Source of the DNA: Octopus vulgaris
Lineage: Eukaryota
Length of the DNA: 64,000 nucleotides
Direction: 5' to 3'
Assembly (NCBI GenBank): GCA_951406725.2
Contig: OX597816.1
Location: 35,960,001-36,024,000, forward strand
The position numbers were made by a program, and so were the translations under genes. Of this stretch, positions 12,091-27,270 are shown in pieces (the first letter of the stretch is position 1; each line of letters starts with the position of its first letter). Below the pieces are notes generated by a model, which was not told the origin of the DNA, searched no databases, and saw nothing but the letters and a program-made list of their open reading frames with translations.

Positions 12091-13984
12091 TCCTTCAAAG
12101 TGACATCTGAATATATATAGCACAAAACAACACCTCACACACACACACACGGAAATATGCTCCAATAATAAACTACCTCAGCACGCAGGTATAAGATCTC
12201 CACCTCGAGAACAAAAACAAAACAATACAAACAAATCGATCACATGACGGTTTGCCCAGAAGACAAATCTAAGGGAGACAAATATTCAAAAGGTGACACG
12301 CATGAGTATTCTCAATTATGTAATTTTTATATTCGCGAAAACTCTCGGAAATATCCGTAAATTAAACCAGCATTCGCGAGAATATCCGCGAATTAAACGA
12401 GGTTGTGTTTTCCAAAATATTTGTTAACATATTTTTTCATGTGATCGGTTTCAAAAATTAAGACACTTGGATATTTTCCTATGTTTCATAACATGAAACC
12501 AATGGTAGCCTTAATTCACAAATAAACGAACTATATCCACCAATTCAATGTTGAGCACTCATTGTCAACATGTACATATTTATATATACGTATATTTATG
12601 TTGACTGGCAATACAGAAACTACGTTCTTAAATATTTGTATTCCTTTACTTACTATTTATTCAAATTTGCCTACAACAAATCGTCCCCACTAAGTATTCG
12701 AGTGGACGAGTTCAGGTTATGAACTCCTGTATTAAATTTCGCTATTAAAGGATTTCACGTATTTCTCTGATATTGTTTTCATGGTCAGGCGTTTGGAACT
12801 GACTTGATGCAAAAAAAGAACAGAAAAAAAGATTGCCAGTTATTTCAATACCAAGTTCCTTCTCTGTTTCTGATAAGGGATACCTCCATCAGTATTTTAA
12901 GATCCATTTTCTTAGACAGTATATCAGTACAATGAACAACACTATCTATTATATTGGACAGTCATATATTTTCCTCCAGGCTTCCAAATAAAACGCACGA
13001 GGCCAAAAGGGAGATAAGGTTTTCCTTATATCTTTCTAGTTAGACGTTGCAATTAAACTCCTTAGTTTTCACCTGAATTATATCGATTAAATTTCATGTA
13101 ACTGAATGAACCATGATGTTAAATGATATTTTCATAGCAGTTTTACTGATTGAACTCTGTCGTTGCAGGCAGAACGCTAAATTATAAACTGTGACTATGT
13201 ACGATTTCCAGTATGTCGCGTATTAATTAATATGTTGCTATGGAAACAGAATACCTGACATTAATATCAAGTGCAACCAAATTATGTTTTTGTGTGTGAT
13301 TAGAAAGTGTAGATTTGTAAGAAATCGAAAGTCTGCAAGCAATATTTATATTAATGTCTAAATTGGTGTATCCTTAAACTAAATATTTAACGCTGCATGC
13401 ACGGTACAAGCGAGAGATTTTTCATGATGACTCACCCTGCGCTGGATCTTCGCTTTGCTAGAAACCTAACCCGTTGAAATGTTACTTAACAAAGGATGAG
13501 TTTTAGGTATTCTTGCATGCCATGCCATTAGGTTCATTTGGAGAGAATAGTCTCATTCAATTGATGAGAGAACCAAGCATTGCCCATTGTCATGTAAAAA
13601 AATGCAGATGGTTTTCAACACTCCATTTGGATATCAAGGTAATATCCACGATCATCCCAGTCATATATCGAAGATTGATTTTGCTGTAAATTTCTGCTTG
13701 TACCAGTTGTTCCTAAATGTTTCGGGCAGCCGAAATCTTAGTATCCAGGCTACATTCCTAGTGCCCCTCTCTCACTACCGCAACAAAAATAGACCATTTA
13801 TGAAACATATTCAAAACAACTGTATTTCATAAATAAAACTTCATAAATAATATTTAACCTCATTAATCCACCATTTTGTTGGTTCTTCATCCATCGGCCC
13901 GCCCCATTTTCGCCACTTATTATCACCCCACTTATCTTCAACGAACCCGTGGATTTTCCACCGCCCACAAGAAAGCAGTACTGC

Positions 13985-14324
13985 ACACGTTGGGAACCAC
14001 AGGTTTACAGACAGGTATCCTTAGAGCAGCTCTCCAGACACAAAGTGTATCTTCCTCCAGGCTTTCGCAGATTTCTTGCCTGTTTTTAAAATATAAAGCA
14101 TGAGGTGTCGATGAGATACGTTTTGGATCCTCGTTTTCAGAGTGAACGAAAATACACAAAATATAACCTGTCTCGTCGAATGTTCGCACCGAACTACGTT
14201 GAAATATCAGTGTCTAGTATCTAACAAGAGCACATGCACAAGATACAGATTGAAGTTAGCTACTTATTAGAGGGCTTAATGTTTAGTGTCGAGAAACACG
14301 AAAAGGACTTTTGAGCCAACCCAA
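13985..14324 (-). mobile_element. Old mariner 5' fragment (TIR plus N-terminal HTH remnant)
   Basis: TIR end gagccaacccaa|ta; minus-strand EDPKR/HRHLMLYILKTGKKSAKAWRKIHFVSGE...LWFP aligns to EDKKIHFRHLMLFFFRKGKNASQATKEICAVYG...KWF of the mariner at 16491. Confidence 0.7.
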
Positions 14325-14443
14325 TAAATTCATACATGCAAGTTTGCTTACATAGAAACATACATACTACATACGATCGTATATACCTGCATACATACAT
14401 ACATACATACATACATACATACATACATACATACATACATACA

Positions 14444-14474
<31 letters not shown>

Positions 14475-15175
14475 CGATGCAGACTGTGGAGATAACACCG
14501 AAGATATCACCCACATCATAAACAGTTGTCTGGAAAATGTCATTACAGTATCAGCTACCAGTGAGATATGATGTTGTACCTAGGAGACTCTATAATGAAA
14601 TCTGTCGGCAGGATAACTCCGACGACAAAGAAATAGGAACCCACAGTATGATAGGAGCTACAGACACTCATAATAAAAAAAGGAGTACGTGTAGTATGTC
14701 CCAGTGAAGACAAGCACAGCAGAGCTGATATAATGATTTGGGATAGAGAAGCGAAACTGTGTACAGTAGTGAAAATTAGTTACCCAGCGTATGTTAACGT
14801 AAAGTAGAAGATCAGTGAAAAAGAGAATATCTGCGCTGGAGTATTGAGAAATTTGCAGTTACTCTATTCAAATTACAAGACCAGGTTTATATCTGTATTC
14901 CTTGGGGTCCATTGGTATCTAACACACTGCTTAAATAGCAATCTGGAAAAATTAGGTTTCTCAAAACCAGAAAGGAGAAAATCTAATTCGAAAACTACAC
15001 ATCCAAACCATTACTGGAACTGTAAAAATTTGTAAAACTTTCCAGAAGTTTATCATTTAAATATATATGAGTGTGTTTAGATATGCAACTATATACATTA
15101 GAATATATACATAAAACAAAACACACCAAACTGTAAATATACATACATACGTACTCTCATACATACACTAGTCGC

Positions 15176-15367
15176 CATGATAGATCGTTAGACACTACAC
15201 ACATTTTTTCTCTCCTTGCTTCTCTTCTTGTTTTTTCTGTGTCCCTTTCTGTAGAAGAGCGTAGGTTCGAAACGTAAAATACTTTTTCTATTCCTGAGCG
15301 ATATACTAACACATCTGTTTGTTTTGTACACCACCTGTCTTTGTGTTTTGTTTTATTCGTAGACTCT

Positions 15368-15370
<3 letters not shown>
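15176..15370 (+). mobile_element. PLE pseudo-LTR fragment ending at (TA)n
   Basis: Pyrimidine-rich leader, hammerhead-like motif, T-rich tail, then (TA)n. Confidence 0.65.
15246..15279 (+). ncRNA. Minimal hammerhead-like motif with CTGTAGA core
   Basis: TTT-CTGTAGA-A-GAGC.GTAG.GTTC-GAAAC-GTA-AAA. Confidence 0.55.
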
Positions 15371-15447
<77 letters not shown>

Positions 15448-15464
15448 CCTCGTGAGCACCACCA

Positions 15465-15776
<312 letters not shown>

Positions 15777-16358
15777 AACAAGCAAATGTACCCTGTCGTT
15801 GATGTTGAAATTCCAATAAAGAAGTCTTGGATCTGGGTTAGAAAACATCTCTTTCTCTATCGGCAGGAAATCTTGAAACGAACTGAACAATGACATGCAT
15901 ACATACATATAAACATATAAACGTGCGTACATACGTATGTACATACATGCATCCGTCCATGTATATATGGAGTATATATACGAGAATTGTGGGAGCGTCA
16001 GTGTTTGCAAGCGTGATGTATTTTTCTCTCAAACTCACTTAATACAAAATATTCTATCCAGAACACAGTTTAATTGTCACAAAAGTAGGTGTCATCATTA
16101 CATTGTCTTGGAAACTAATAAGTGTTATATAGAAATATCAGCAACAAGAATTAGTTAAGAAAATAAATGCCGTTCGTTTCTCTAATTAAAATATTAGTCC
16201 TCATATCAGAAATACACATATCACCACAAACTACATTGTAATTTTCTTCGGAACCAATAAGAGAACCGTTTCTTTTATTCTTTGCCAATTGAAGTTTAAT
16301 TATTCTAATAACATTTATCCAACATGCGGACATACACATGCATACATATATATCTATA

Positions 16359-16398
<40 letters not shown>

Positions 16399-16414
16399 GC
16401 GCGCGCACACAAAG

Positions 16415-16458
<44 letters not shown>

Positions 16459-16490
16459 ACACACACATATATATATATATAGGCAATATA

Positions 16491-17774
16491 TTGGGTTGAC
16501 CGGAAAGTTCGTGCCGATATTTGAAGGAAATAAAAAGGTCAATAAATACTTGCTATTACACGTTTAATCAACTAAATATGAATCATTTTGTTGCATCATG
16601 CGTCTCCATCTTTCCTTTAACTTGAAAACACCCTCTTCCCAGATTTGAGGTGCTTTCATGGCAAATAACTCATCAAGGTATCTTTTTACGTCATCCAAGA
16701 AATTGAAATTCTTACCATTAAGACTATTCTGCAGAAACCTGAATACGTAGAAATCCGAAGGAGCAATACCTGGTGAATATGTAGGGTGCGGTAATACATT
16801 CCACCCGAGCTGCAACAATTTTTGTCTGGTTCCCAAAGAAACGTGCAGTCTTGCATTATCATTTTGGAAAACAACACCCTTCCTGGTGTTGTTTTCTGTA
16901 GGTTTCTCTTGAATTGCTGCTTTTAATTCCTCCAGTTGTGTGCAGTCTTTCTCAGAATTAATTGTCTGTATACTTGGGAGGAGCTCATAGAACAGAATTC
17001 CTTTCCAATCCCACCAGTCTCAAAGCAAGACATTGTTAGGGTGAAGACCCGATTTTGTTGTGGATAAGGGTGGCTGGTGTCGCTTACTCCACAATCGATT
17101 TCTCTGAACATTTCGGTAGATAATCCATTTCCCATCACCTGTCATAATTTGCTTTAAAAAAGGTGCGTTTTCATTACGTTTATGAAGCGAAGCACAAATG
17201 GAAATGCGATCCAAAATGTTCCTCTCACTCAACTCATGTGGTACCTAAACATCGTAGCGATTTGTGTATCCAGGCTTTACCAGGTGCTCATGAACAATGG
17301 ATTTAGATAGGCTGCAGCTTTCTGCCAAATTTCGGCTTGTTCAATGTGGGCTATTCTCAATTAATGACTTGATTTGGTCATCATCTGTAGTGGATGATCT
17401 GCCTGATTGGTCTTTATCAATAAGGCTACAATCTCCTGTTCGGAACCTTGCGAACCACTTCCGTACAGTTCTTTCGGATAAAGAAACATCACCGTAAACT
17501 GCGCATATTTCTTTGGTTGCTTGAGAGGCATTTTTCCCTTTTCGGAAAAAGAAAAGCATCAAGTGACGGAAATGAATTTTCTTATCTTCCATTTTAAAGG
17601 GTTTCCGAATTAACACAGGTTATAGGAACATAAACCTTCTTCCACGAAAAGATAGCTTAAATTGTGCTCTAAATGGAGGTGTAGTCAAATCCTATTTTAT
17701 GGATTCAACCATGTTCTAAAATAAGTCGAAATTTAAGCTACTATAAATCGGCACGAACTTTCCGGCCAACCCAA
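16491..17774 (-). mobile_element. Full-length mariner (Tc1/mariner, mellifera-like) with TA target duplication
   Basis: TIRs TTGGGTTGACCGGAAAGTTCGTGCCGAT / ATCGGCACGAACTTTCCGGCCAACCCAA, TA on both sides, 1284 bp. Confidence 0.95.
16564..17592 (-). pseudogene. Mariner D,D34D-type transposase, disrupted by stops and frameshifts
   Basis: MEDKKIHFRHLMLFFFRKGKNASQA HTH, QIMTGDGKWIIY, QNDNARLH, HPTYSPGIAPSDFYVFRFLQN spread over several frames. Confidence 0.92.
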
Positions 17775-17795
17775 TACATACATATTTATATATGC

Positions 17796-17990
<195 letters not shown>

Positions 17991-20187
17991 CACGTATATA
18001 TATATGTATATATTTATCTCCCTATCTAATTAATATACATACATACATATATGTGTATAGCCTTCTGATGGACATTCTTACTTTAAATAGCAAAGTATTT
18101 TTATGAGACCCGCCAGACAGGACACAATTAATGACACAGCTCCATATAATATACGCTATTGAGAATCTAATCCGGAAATATATTGGTAGTTAAATTTTCA
18201 TTCATACTAATATATTCTGTTTGCATCTGCAGCTTCTATTCCCACACTTGTTTGGATTAATAGCAGTTTATACACAGACACACAGACACAGACACACACA
18301 CACACACACACACACAGTCACACACACACACACACACAGGTATGTTTGTATGCCTGTATACTTCTATATATGCGCGTGGGTGGAAAAGTGCATATCAGCT
18401 GAAACCCATGAATCTATGTATATTATAGAGGGTGTTATTTGCGTTGTATATTTATCATTTGTGAAAACTCTACGCTTCCTCCAACGTGTCCAAATATTTT
18501 AAATTTTACAACCGCGGGAAATTGGATCTACTATGATATATTAATTAGTTGACTAGAAGAACGAGTAACGATAATAGTTCACTTCATAATACCATTACAT
18601 CAATTCATTAATTTTACTGTTATATGATACACACTCAGAATACAAAGAAAATAAATGTATCTTCGTTCGTTTCTGCGATGAGTATTCATTTCTTCAATTA
18701 ACTATGTATTGATTTAGCCTGTAAATTACTGAAGATGTCACAGATACACGTGCAGTTAACACAATTCTCAGACATAACACGGTGTGCGGCACGATTATAA
18801 CCTTTAAATTCTAGGTGGGATACACTCGATAATGTTCCACATAGATTCTACTTTGATAACTTTACTAGCAAGGTATAAGTGAACTTAAATCAATTTTAAA
18901 TGTAGCTTTTCCACTAAGCTATGATAGGGGTTCAAATCCGGGACGTCGTGATTGCGAAATGTGCTCATTAGATATTCGCCCATCATACATGCGATACCAG
19001 TGTGTTTATATTCACTTTACATCAGTTCGTATTTTACTATTCGTATTTTATTCTGGAGTTTATTGATGTATTTTATTAATTCGGTGAACAGAGTACAGAT
19101 AAGTGTTTCAGAAATGAAGAAAACGAAAAGGAAACTTAGATAGAAATATTAGATATTAGATACAAATTCCATCTTGGAGAAATTGTCCTACATCCAGAGT
19201 AGGCAACATTAGTTCCAAAACAAAGGATAATCCACTAAGAACTACGATATCTAATCGTAATATTACATTGCTGAAACGTAATATTGATTGTTTTGATATA
19301 TTAATCTTAAAATAAATCTTAAAATCTATGTCCAGGTATATATGTGAGAACATTGCATAAACGATTTATGTATATCGTTTTATGTATGTTATTTTATTGT
19401 TTAAAATGCATCTATTTCCTTGACAAATGTAAAATATCAATTAAAAAATAAGTACATATTTCAAAGCTACTCGCTTTAAAGAATCAAGCTTCACTGAGGG
19501 ACACTAGTACTATCATTTACAATACCTGAAAGTGTCTGTTTCATGCCCAGAGGAAAATGAATCAGAATAGATATAGTGCACCTCTATATAACAGATTGTT
19601 TCACACATATTTCGTGCAATTTTCATAACTTATGATAAGATATGATAAATAAATTATAGGTTATATACTATTTTATAAAAGCACATTTCTCATTGTTCAT
19701 TTTCTCTTAAATTTATTTATTTATCTAGAAGAATCATTAGTTTTGCCAACATATATTTGATTTTGTTTTCAAGAGATGTGAATAAAAGTTATACATAATT
19801 CAGATTTTGTTTGTTGCAAGTAGATGCATCTAAAAGAATCCAATAATTTCGATATGTAACTTTCAATGATATACGTATTTTAATTGGCATTGAAAATGAC
19901 AAATTGCTGGTACCATCTCAAACATAAAGTATGTGCTCCATTTGCTTCATAGTAAGAAAAAGAAGATCACTGAATTTTAATATGAAAATTAATAGAATAG
20001 TCATGTTTAACCCAACTGGTATCATAAGTAGAGTAAATCAAGGTTGAATATACCGTTGTATATCACCTTCAAAGTTTAATCTTCCTTACACTTTTTCGTT
20101 GATAACAGTTTCTTTTATAATTTTGTGTTTGTGCTTCCTAACGTGTTATATATTGAAGACAAGAACTCTTTAGCTATAATTTCCATA

Positions 20188-20578
20188 GGTGCAGGAGTGG
20201 TTGTTGGTAAGAAATCTGCATCCAAGCCACATGGTTCCGGCTCCAGTCCTTCTGCATGACACCATTAATAAGTTACTTCTAACATAACCTCAGTTCGACC
20301 AAAACCTTGTGAGTGAATTCCATAAACGGAAACTGAAAGAAACTCATTGTGTGTGCGTGTGTGCGTGCGTCTCTATGTGTCTGTATTTGCCCCCACGTCA
20401 CGCTTAACAACTGGTGCTGTTTACTTCCCCGTATTAGCTATTTGACAAAAGATACCGAAAGAATAAGTACCAGGTATTATAAAAAAAAAGGATTTTGTTG
20501 ATTCCTTTGACTAAAATTCCTTAAGGCGGTATTCCAGCATAGCCGCAATCTAATGACTGAAAACAAATAAAACTAAAA
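20188..20578 (+). mobile_element. SINE family A, full-length diverged copy
   Basis: ggtgcaggagtggttgttggtaag head, ccttgtgagtgaatt...acggaaactgaaagaa core, aaggcggtattccagcatagccgca...tgactgaaaac tail. Confidence 0.85.
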
Positions 20579-21097
20579 GGCATTTCACCTTCGTGAGGTG
20601 TCGATCTCAAGTCGGTTAAACCCTAAAGCTTTCAACTTCCACACTGTCTCAGTAACTCACCTTTGAATACTACACAATCTCTTAACTACTATAATTAATC
20701 GTGGAGTGCGAATCCCAGACAAACGTTTGCTAATAGTAACATCTGAAGATGAATTTCGATTTAACACAGTGAGACAGGTTTATGCATGGATTACTCTTAC
20801 TTTGTTTTTGTAGGCTCAAAGATTTCCCCTGGATAAGTGGAGTAATCGAGTGGCATTATGTGGTTTAATAAATTTATCTAGTGGCACACAGTTTACAGTA
20901 ACCTATTTCACACACGAGAAATTAAGGGGACTGAATGTGTTATTTTCACGTTCGACATAGCTGGGAAAATGTATAACTTTCAATAATAGGAAACAAAAGA
21001 AATATTTCAAAACATTTATATGACAATCAAATGTTCGATGTGGTTAGCTTATAGTGAGTGGCTCATTTGTTTTAGCAAGTAAACAAATATGAATATA

Positions 21098-21475
21098 GGA
21101 GGAAGCACTCCGTCGGTAACGACGACGAGGGTTCCGGTTGATCCGATCAATGGAACAGCCTGCTCGTGAAATTAACGTGTAAGTGGATGAGCACTCCACA
21201 GACACGTGCACCCTTAACGTAGTTCTCGGGGATATTCAGCGTGACACAGAGTGACAAGGCCGGCCCTTTGAAATACAGGTACAACAGAAACAGGAAGTAA
21301 GAGTGAGAGGAAGTGGTGAAAGAGTACAGCAGGGATTACCAACATCCCTGCCGGAGCCTCGTGGAGCTTTAGGTGTTTTCGCTCAATAAACACTCACAAC
21401 GCCAAGTCTTTGAATCGAAACCGCGATCCTATGACCGCGAGTCCACTGCCCTAACCACTGGGCCATTGCGCCTCC
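21098..21475 (-). mobile_element. SINE family B (tRNA-Arg-like, OR-type) full-length with 13-bp TSD
   Basis: Head GGAGGCGCAATGGCCCAGTGGTTAGGGC (A box)...GGTTTCGATTC (B box); TSD AAATATGAATATA at 21085-21097 and 21477-21489. Confidence 0.92.
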
Positions 21476-23032
21476 AAAATATGAATATATCATATTATTC
21501 TCTTTGCGCACATAAAAAATAATAGGGTTGCCATAATATGTTTCTTATATCTCATAGTTTATATTCTACCGATGAAATATATCAACATATAAATCAAACA
21601 ATTCTCAACAGCCTACCAAAATAAAATGTTCTTGCAATTATTAGCAAATAAACTCAGCTATATACTAAAGGAATTTCACTTTTCTTTGGTTATTACGGTA
21701 ATATATGTAAGAAATTTGAACCAATAATTTGCATTCGTCTGTACTTAAATCTACCGAACGAAATCATTTCTACAACTTGAGTCTCCCCTGCTGCAACGCA
21801 CGCGTATATGCAATCCACAGTTATTGTTCCCAGAAAGTACAATGATGATAGTGGTATAATTTTATATATGTTCTTCTTTCTCTAACTTAAATGCATGTGT
21901 CATTGGGATGTACTGGCTCAACAACATTAGTCATTGGAGCATAATGTAATGCGTTCTCTAAAATATGAAAGTACTTATCTAGAGTCCCAAATATCTAGGG
22001 CAATAAGTAGATGGTAAGAACATCTTTCTTCATGAAGCCCCTAAAATATATTGTTCGGAAATACTTGAAATGGCTATACAGATGTAGAAAGCAGATAGCT
22101 ACAAAATTCATTCTGAGAGAAATATCGCCCAATAAAATATTCGTTATGCAGATCTTTATTTTAATCCTATCCTGTTTCATGCTCGTATATCAGTAGTGCA
22201 GTTTTCCCCTCAGATTAGCAATTGTCGAGTTTACTTATTTCTGTACGGGATCGATGCTGTCAAGTTAGTTCGGAACATCTGGTGTATGTTCCTCATTCGG
22301 GAAAATAAAACAGGTCGAAATCCCAGTGTCTCAAGATCCACGGACAAATCTGAATAAGCTCTGTGTTTTTTACACACGCTGTCACTTAAGAGAAGTTTTC
22401 CTGCTATAGAATGTTGCAGCTAATGTTGTTCTTCGAATCTGAATATATTGTAAATATACTTCACGCCTTTATAGTAATCTAGCACGATTTAAAATGTTCT
22501 GTTCTTCACTGCGTTACCAGTTACACAACAATATATTTTTTTTAAATGAGACATCATATGACACCCATATTCTATTCAGGTCTTTATCTCGCTATAATTT
22601 TTAAAAGCGTTTTTTAATTTCTAATATTTCGTCCAGAGCAATGGTCATTAAGGAATACTTTTAAAAATTGGCTACTAATACAATGTTCAAATTGTCATTG
22701 CTTATACACTATATCTCATTAGACGATTTTTAAAAAGAATAGTTAAATCTAAGTCTAATACCTCGTTTACTTAGACGTCAAATGAGAAAAGAACAGACGA
22801 AGGCGTTGCTCAAGTGCAAACGTCTCAGATATCATGACTTCTATCCTCACCGCATATGAATTTATTTAAAATTTCGTGTGCATTCCTTTTGCAGATACTT
22901 GACCTCAATTTTCATCACTGGCTTCTTTGAAATACATAAAAAATATTTTGCTTAATGTGTAATATTTATTTTGAGTTTTGCGAAAAATTTGAGCAGAAAC
23001 AAAGAGCTTGCTACGTCGTAAATTATAGGCAT

Positions 23033-23094
23033 TTTGAAATCTCCTATTTTAGTGTTTCTCGTTTTAGAGAAATACTAAAATAGGAGAATTCAAA
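23033..23094. repeat. 62-bp hairpin with 28-bp arms
   Basis: tttgaaatctcctattttagtgtttctc-gtttta-gagaaatactaaaataggagaattcaaa. Confidence 0.85.
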
Positions 23095-24214
23095 CGACAG
23101 CAATTGCCGTTTTATTCTATATTTGAAGCTTCTAAAGTCGATAGCAATAAATTGAAAGAAGCAAGGAAAATCATACATGGCTGATTCAGAGTATGATAAT
23201 AATGTTGTAATTGCAAGCAATTGCGAATATTTAACTGTAACAACTTTTTATTTCTAACATGTTAAATTGATTAATAAATGCCTTGGAGATAATAATGTAT
23301 GATTTCAAATTTATCTGTCATCACTAATTTTACACTTCAAAAACAAAAAGAATCTTCCTGGTACGTCATATGCTGCACTGTAGCGCAATACAATTTTCCT
23401 TTTACGTTTAATTTGTAAATGACGCTAGTTAAAATTTCAAAGAATATTTAATTAGAAATGACATTTTCGCACATAAATAGAACATTCGTCTTTGCAAAAC
23501 GAAATTCAAATAAAAAAAATTATTAAATATAAACTTTAGAGTACGAAATTGAGAACAAACATTTCTAAAAATAAATGTTTACACAATGCACGAATTCCTA
23601 TTTCAACTGGTGAGAAGAACAGATAATACAGAAATTTCAGATTTTTGCTGTTGGTTATGCGAACAGTTTAGTACATATTATGGATTTTGAAACTATGCCA
23701 TGTGTGAAAATTGAAAGTGTACATTGAGTGTGCATTAAAAGAGCAACTAGTTTAAATTATCATTGATTTACTATTGAAATTTGTAGAAACGCGAGAGATG
23801 TACCAGCTCAGCAAATACGAAATATATATCTGAAAGGATTAAACTGACACGCCGTTACTGTATGCATTATGTTGAGTCTATACTGAGTTCTCTAATGGAG
23901 GAGGAGACGTCAATTTGAGTTTTCTCTAAATTTGCTTGTCTTTTGCCGTTTTCTTCCGCTGAAATTGTAATTATTGTTTCGCGGATGTATCAAAGTATCT
24001 TGTAAATGAGTTTCACCCCATTTCAATCTCGGATCTCTGAGCGGGCGTTCTGCCAGTGCCGTAAACTTTCCCGGGCATATTTTTCCATCTTTCTTTTTTC
24101 AAAACCTGAGAAGTCTTTGTCTAAACAGAGGAATGGGTGTAGGAGAAAATGGATAGTAGTCAACCAATCGTATCGGTGGCCATACCCTTTGACTTTTGCA
24201 AAGAGCTTACTGAC

Positions 24215-24450
24215 AATAACACCATCAACAACAACAACAACACTACCATCACCACCAGCATCAACAACAATTTGCCAAGAGCCAAAAGAAGAACACTAAC
24301 AACATCATGACCCGTGAAAAATCCAACAACAACAATAACGACATCAGCAAGAACAAGACCAACAAATTAATAGTAGTAACGAAACCCTCAGCAACAACGA
24401 TAATATTATAACAATTAGCATCAGTATTAGCATCAGCAAAAAGCATCAAC
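24215..24450. repeat. (CAA)/(CAT)/(CAG) low-complexity tract
   Basis: Direct inspection. Confidence 0.75.
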
Positions 24451-24552
24451 AGTACCAAGTTGGGCATTTTGTATCTAGAATATTGGCAGACGCTCACTGA
24501 ATTTTACCAGTTGTCCAAAACAGTTTGCGGAAAAACAACAGAAGATTCCTAT

Positions 24553-25468
24553 ATTTGAGGGTATGAATGACGATGGCCTAGGATTGAATCTAGGCATCGG
24601 TGAGAACAGTCTGAGTAGTCTCTTCTAGAGGAGTTTCGGATCGAAGATCACATTCAATTCTCGAAAGTCTTTGGCTTGGCAGTGCTACAGGGGTGGGGCA
24701 TTGCCCGTTCGTGGCAAGCTCTTCAGACATGGAAGTCTTAACAGCCGAACCTGCCGAGATGCTTGCTGGGGGTTGAAACCGTCCCGCATGCAACAATACT
24801 GTGTCCGTGCATTATAGGGATCGTATGTAGCAGCTGTCGTCGATCGTAAGAAGATTTCAGCTGTCTGCTGTGTGTAGAGTGAAGATCGACGCACCACCTT
24901 CTCTGCTAAGGGAGGTATTTCTATGCTTAATGGCTGTGGTAAAAGAGACTGTGTGGTGGACCCATACGAAAGGTTTGAAAACAAACACATTTCTATCTGG
25001 TCAATCCCTCTTTAATTTCTTCAAATATCATTTGAGGAGGAAGTTGGGTGTACAGAGGGAGATGCTGCCTTATAGTGTGGTATAGAAAGGTCGCCGACAT
25101 TCGCAAGAATGCTGAATGGATCTACTCTGAATATACTTTTCTGAGCTGGGGAAAAGAAATTTGAAGAGGGCACTTACCCTTGCCATGCAAATGGCAGAGT
25201 AATCCGGGATTTTCCTGTGGGGTTTATCTCAGATTACCTTAAGTGAGCTGCTCCGCTATTCGAAATTATATAGATATATTTATTATTTATTTCTCTACAT
25301 TCAATTATATATCCTCTGTTATATTCTTTCATATGGTAGTATCACCCATTGCTTAATGTTATCTCCACATATTTGGGGAATTTTCTTTTGTGCTGTAACT
25401 CGTCCTTCGATATTGTTCTCCATATCTTGGATCTTTGGGTTAATAAAAGATAATTATTATTATTATTA
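24553..25468 (+). mobile_element. 3' end of a Tx1/L1-clade non-LTR retrotransposon, decayed
   Basis: KSLAWQCYRGGALPVRGKLFRHG...C..C....ETVPHATILCP (zf-RVT-like CCHC), MAVVKETVWWT...FFKYHLRRKL; ends aataaaa + (tat)n. Confidence 0.8.
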
Positions 25469-25517
25469 CTTAAAACTGTTTATTACTTAATTATGTTTTC
25501 CATGAATATTATTTTCA

Positions 25518-25670
25518 AACTTTGGCACAGGGTCAACAAGTTCGATTACACCGACCCCAGTGCTTGACTGGTACTTATAATATCGACCCCGAAAGGATGA
25601 AAGGTAAAGACAGACGAAATATCGCTAAGCATTATGTCCGGCGTGGAAACAATTCTGTCACCTCGCCGCT
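25518..25670 (-). mobile_element. SINE family C, partial
   Basis: gaccccagtg...ctggtactt....atcgaccccgaaaggatgaaagg core. Confidence 0.8.
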
Positions 25671-27074
25671 TTGATTTTCAGGAATATTGCTATTAAATAT
25701 GTAAGATCATAATGCAGAGCTAGCGTGTATAATATATAATATATCGCTGCTGTAATCTCTAGTGAACTTTCTGAATCTCTTATGAGGCACCTGTGTGTTA
25801 TTTGCATTTGTTTGTCAATACTTCTAAATAAATCGGAAGTCAAATAAACCTTGATGGTTTCATAATTTGTATTATACAACTCTCCCTCGTATCAGTATTC
25901 ATTTTATAATCTTTGATTCCAGCATGAAGAAATTTTTCGAACATAAAATTTTAAGCATTTCTATTGAAATTTAAAATATTATCTACCTTCAAAGCCAATT
26001 TTCTTTTCAAATGACCATATTTTATTCTCTGTTCTCTGATAATAAACTCCATCATATAAATGGATAACAGTAAAAGAATCTGTTAGAAATTCGTCTCATT
26101 AATTCATATTCTTTTCATAATTTGGCCATTACTGGAACTGCAGTGATATTTTTCACTGCATACTGCTGAGATGATAAAATTAAGTGATTAACATGACCTG
26201 GCCCTATTCCAGGATATCTTTTTGTACTATCTTCATTTAATTCTATGTGATAAAAACATTAAAAAACGAAATCATGTTTCAAATGAAATACTCTGCTGAT
26301 TGTGTAGTCTACAACACGAATTTGAAAAAAATCAATGAGAAACGGGTTTAAAAAGTCATATCCTAATGAATACTCAGCATTCATTTTATTTTAATATATT
26401 TTTTTAAATGTTGCCATGGGCATCAGTCTAGACGTAAGTTGATTAAAACATTTTATTATTTTGGATATCTGTTTAATATCCGTTATTACGTTTGATAACA
26501 TTCGTTGCATATGTCTTGGAAATATATTGTCAGGAATATACTCATATACTCATATATTGTCAGGAACAAAATGTTAACTCATCTAAACTAACAGTTTTAT
26601 ATTAAGGTAAACTGATATTTTTATTTAATAAATAAACTAGTTAAGACTTCGCCGTAAAACTTTCTAATCTGTTATTCGATTCCCGAAATATAACTTATCA
26701 TACAGGCAAGGATTTCGGTAATATTTTATGGGAATGTGGAAGAATAATCATAAAACATTTTAGATGAACAGAGCATCAGTAATTTTGCATAAAAAATAAT
26801 CTCAAAACTTTTTATGAATTATGTCACATATATTTGAAGCATAATGAAATAACGTTTGGTCATAGAATCAATAAAGAAATCCAAAAGATTTCACAGTTTC
26901 ACTATGAGGAGAAAATGTCTTAACCTTTAAGGCATAGGATTTTCAACAAAGTGTACCACTGTGTTTCTTCAAGAGGAAACTTGTAGCAGAAGTGTGTAAT
27001 AATCTTATGTTTGGTTGCTTGAGTTTAAAAGCAGCAGAATTGATGTGGGTGTATACCACATAGATATATATACA

Positions 27075-27148
27075 GCTAGATAGATAGATAGATAGATACA
27101 TATATACATACATAATAAATAGATAGATAGATAGATAAATAGATAGAC

Positions 27149-27202
<54 letters not shown>

Positions 27203-27211
27203 GTAGGTAGG

Positions 27212-27270
<59 letters not shown>
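27075..27270. repeat. (TAGA)n microsatellite
   Basis: Direct inspection. Confidence 0.95.

Noticed and set aside
21400-21475. tRNA-like A/B box sequences here and in other SINE heads
   Set aside because: They continue into SINE bodies, have TSDs and multiple copies; not called tRNA genes
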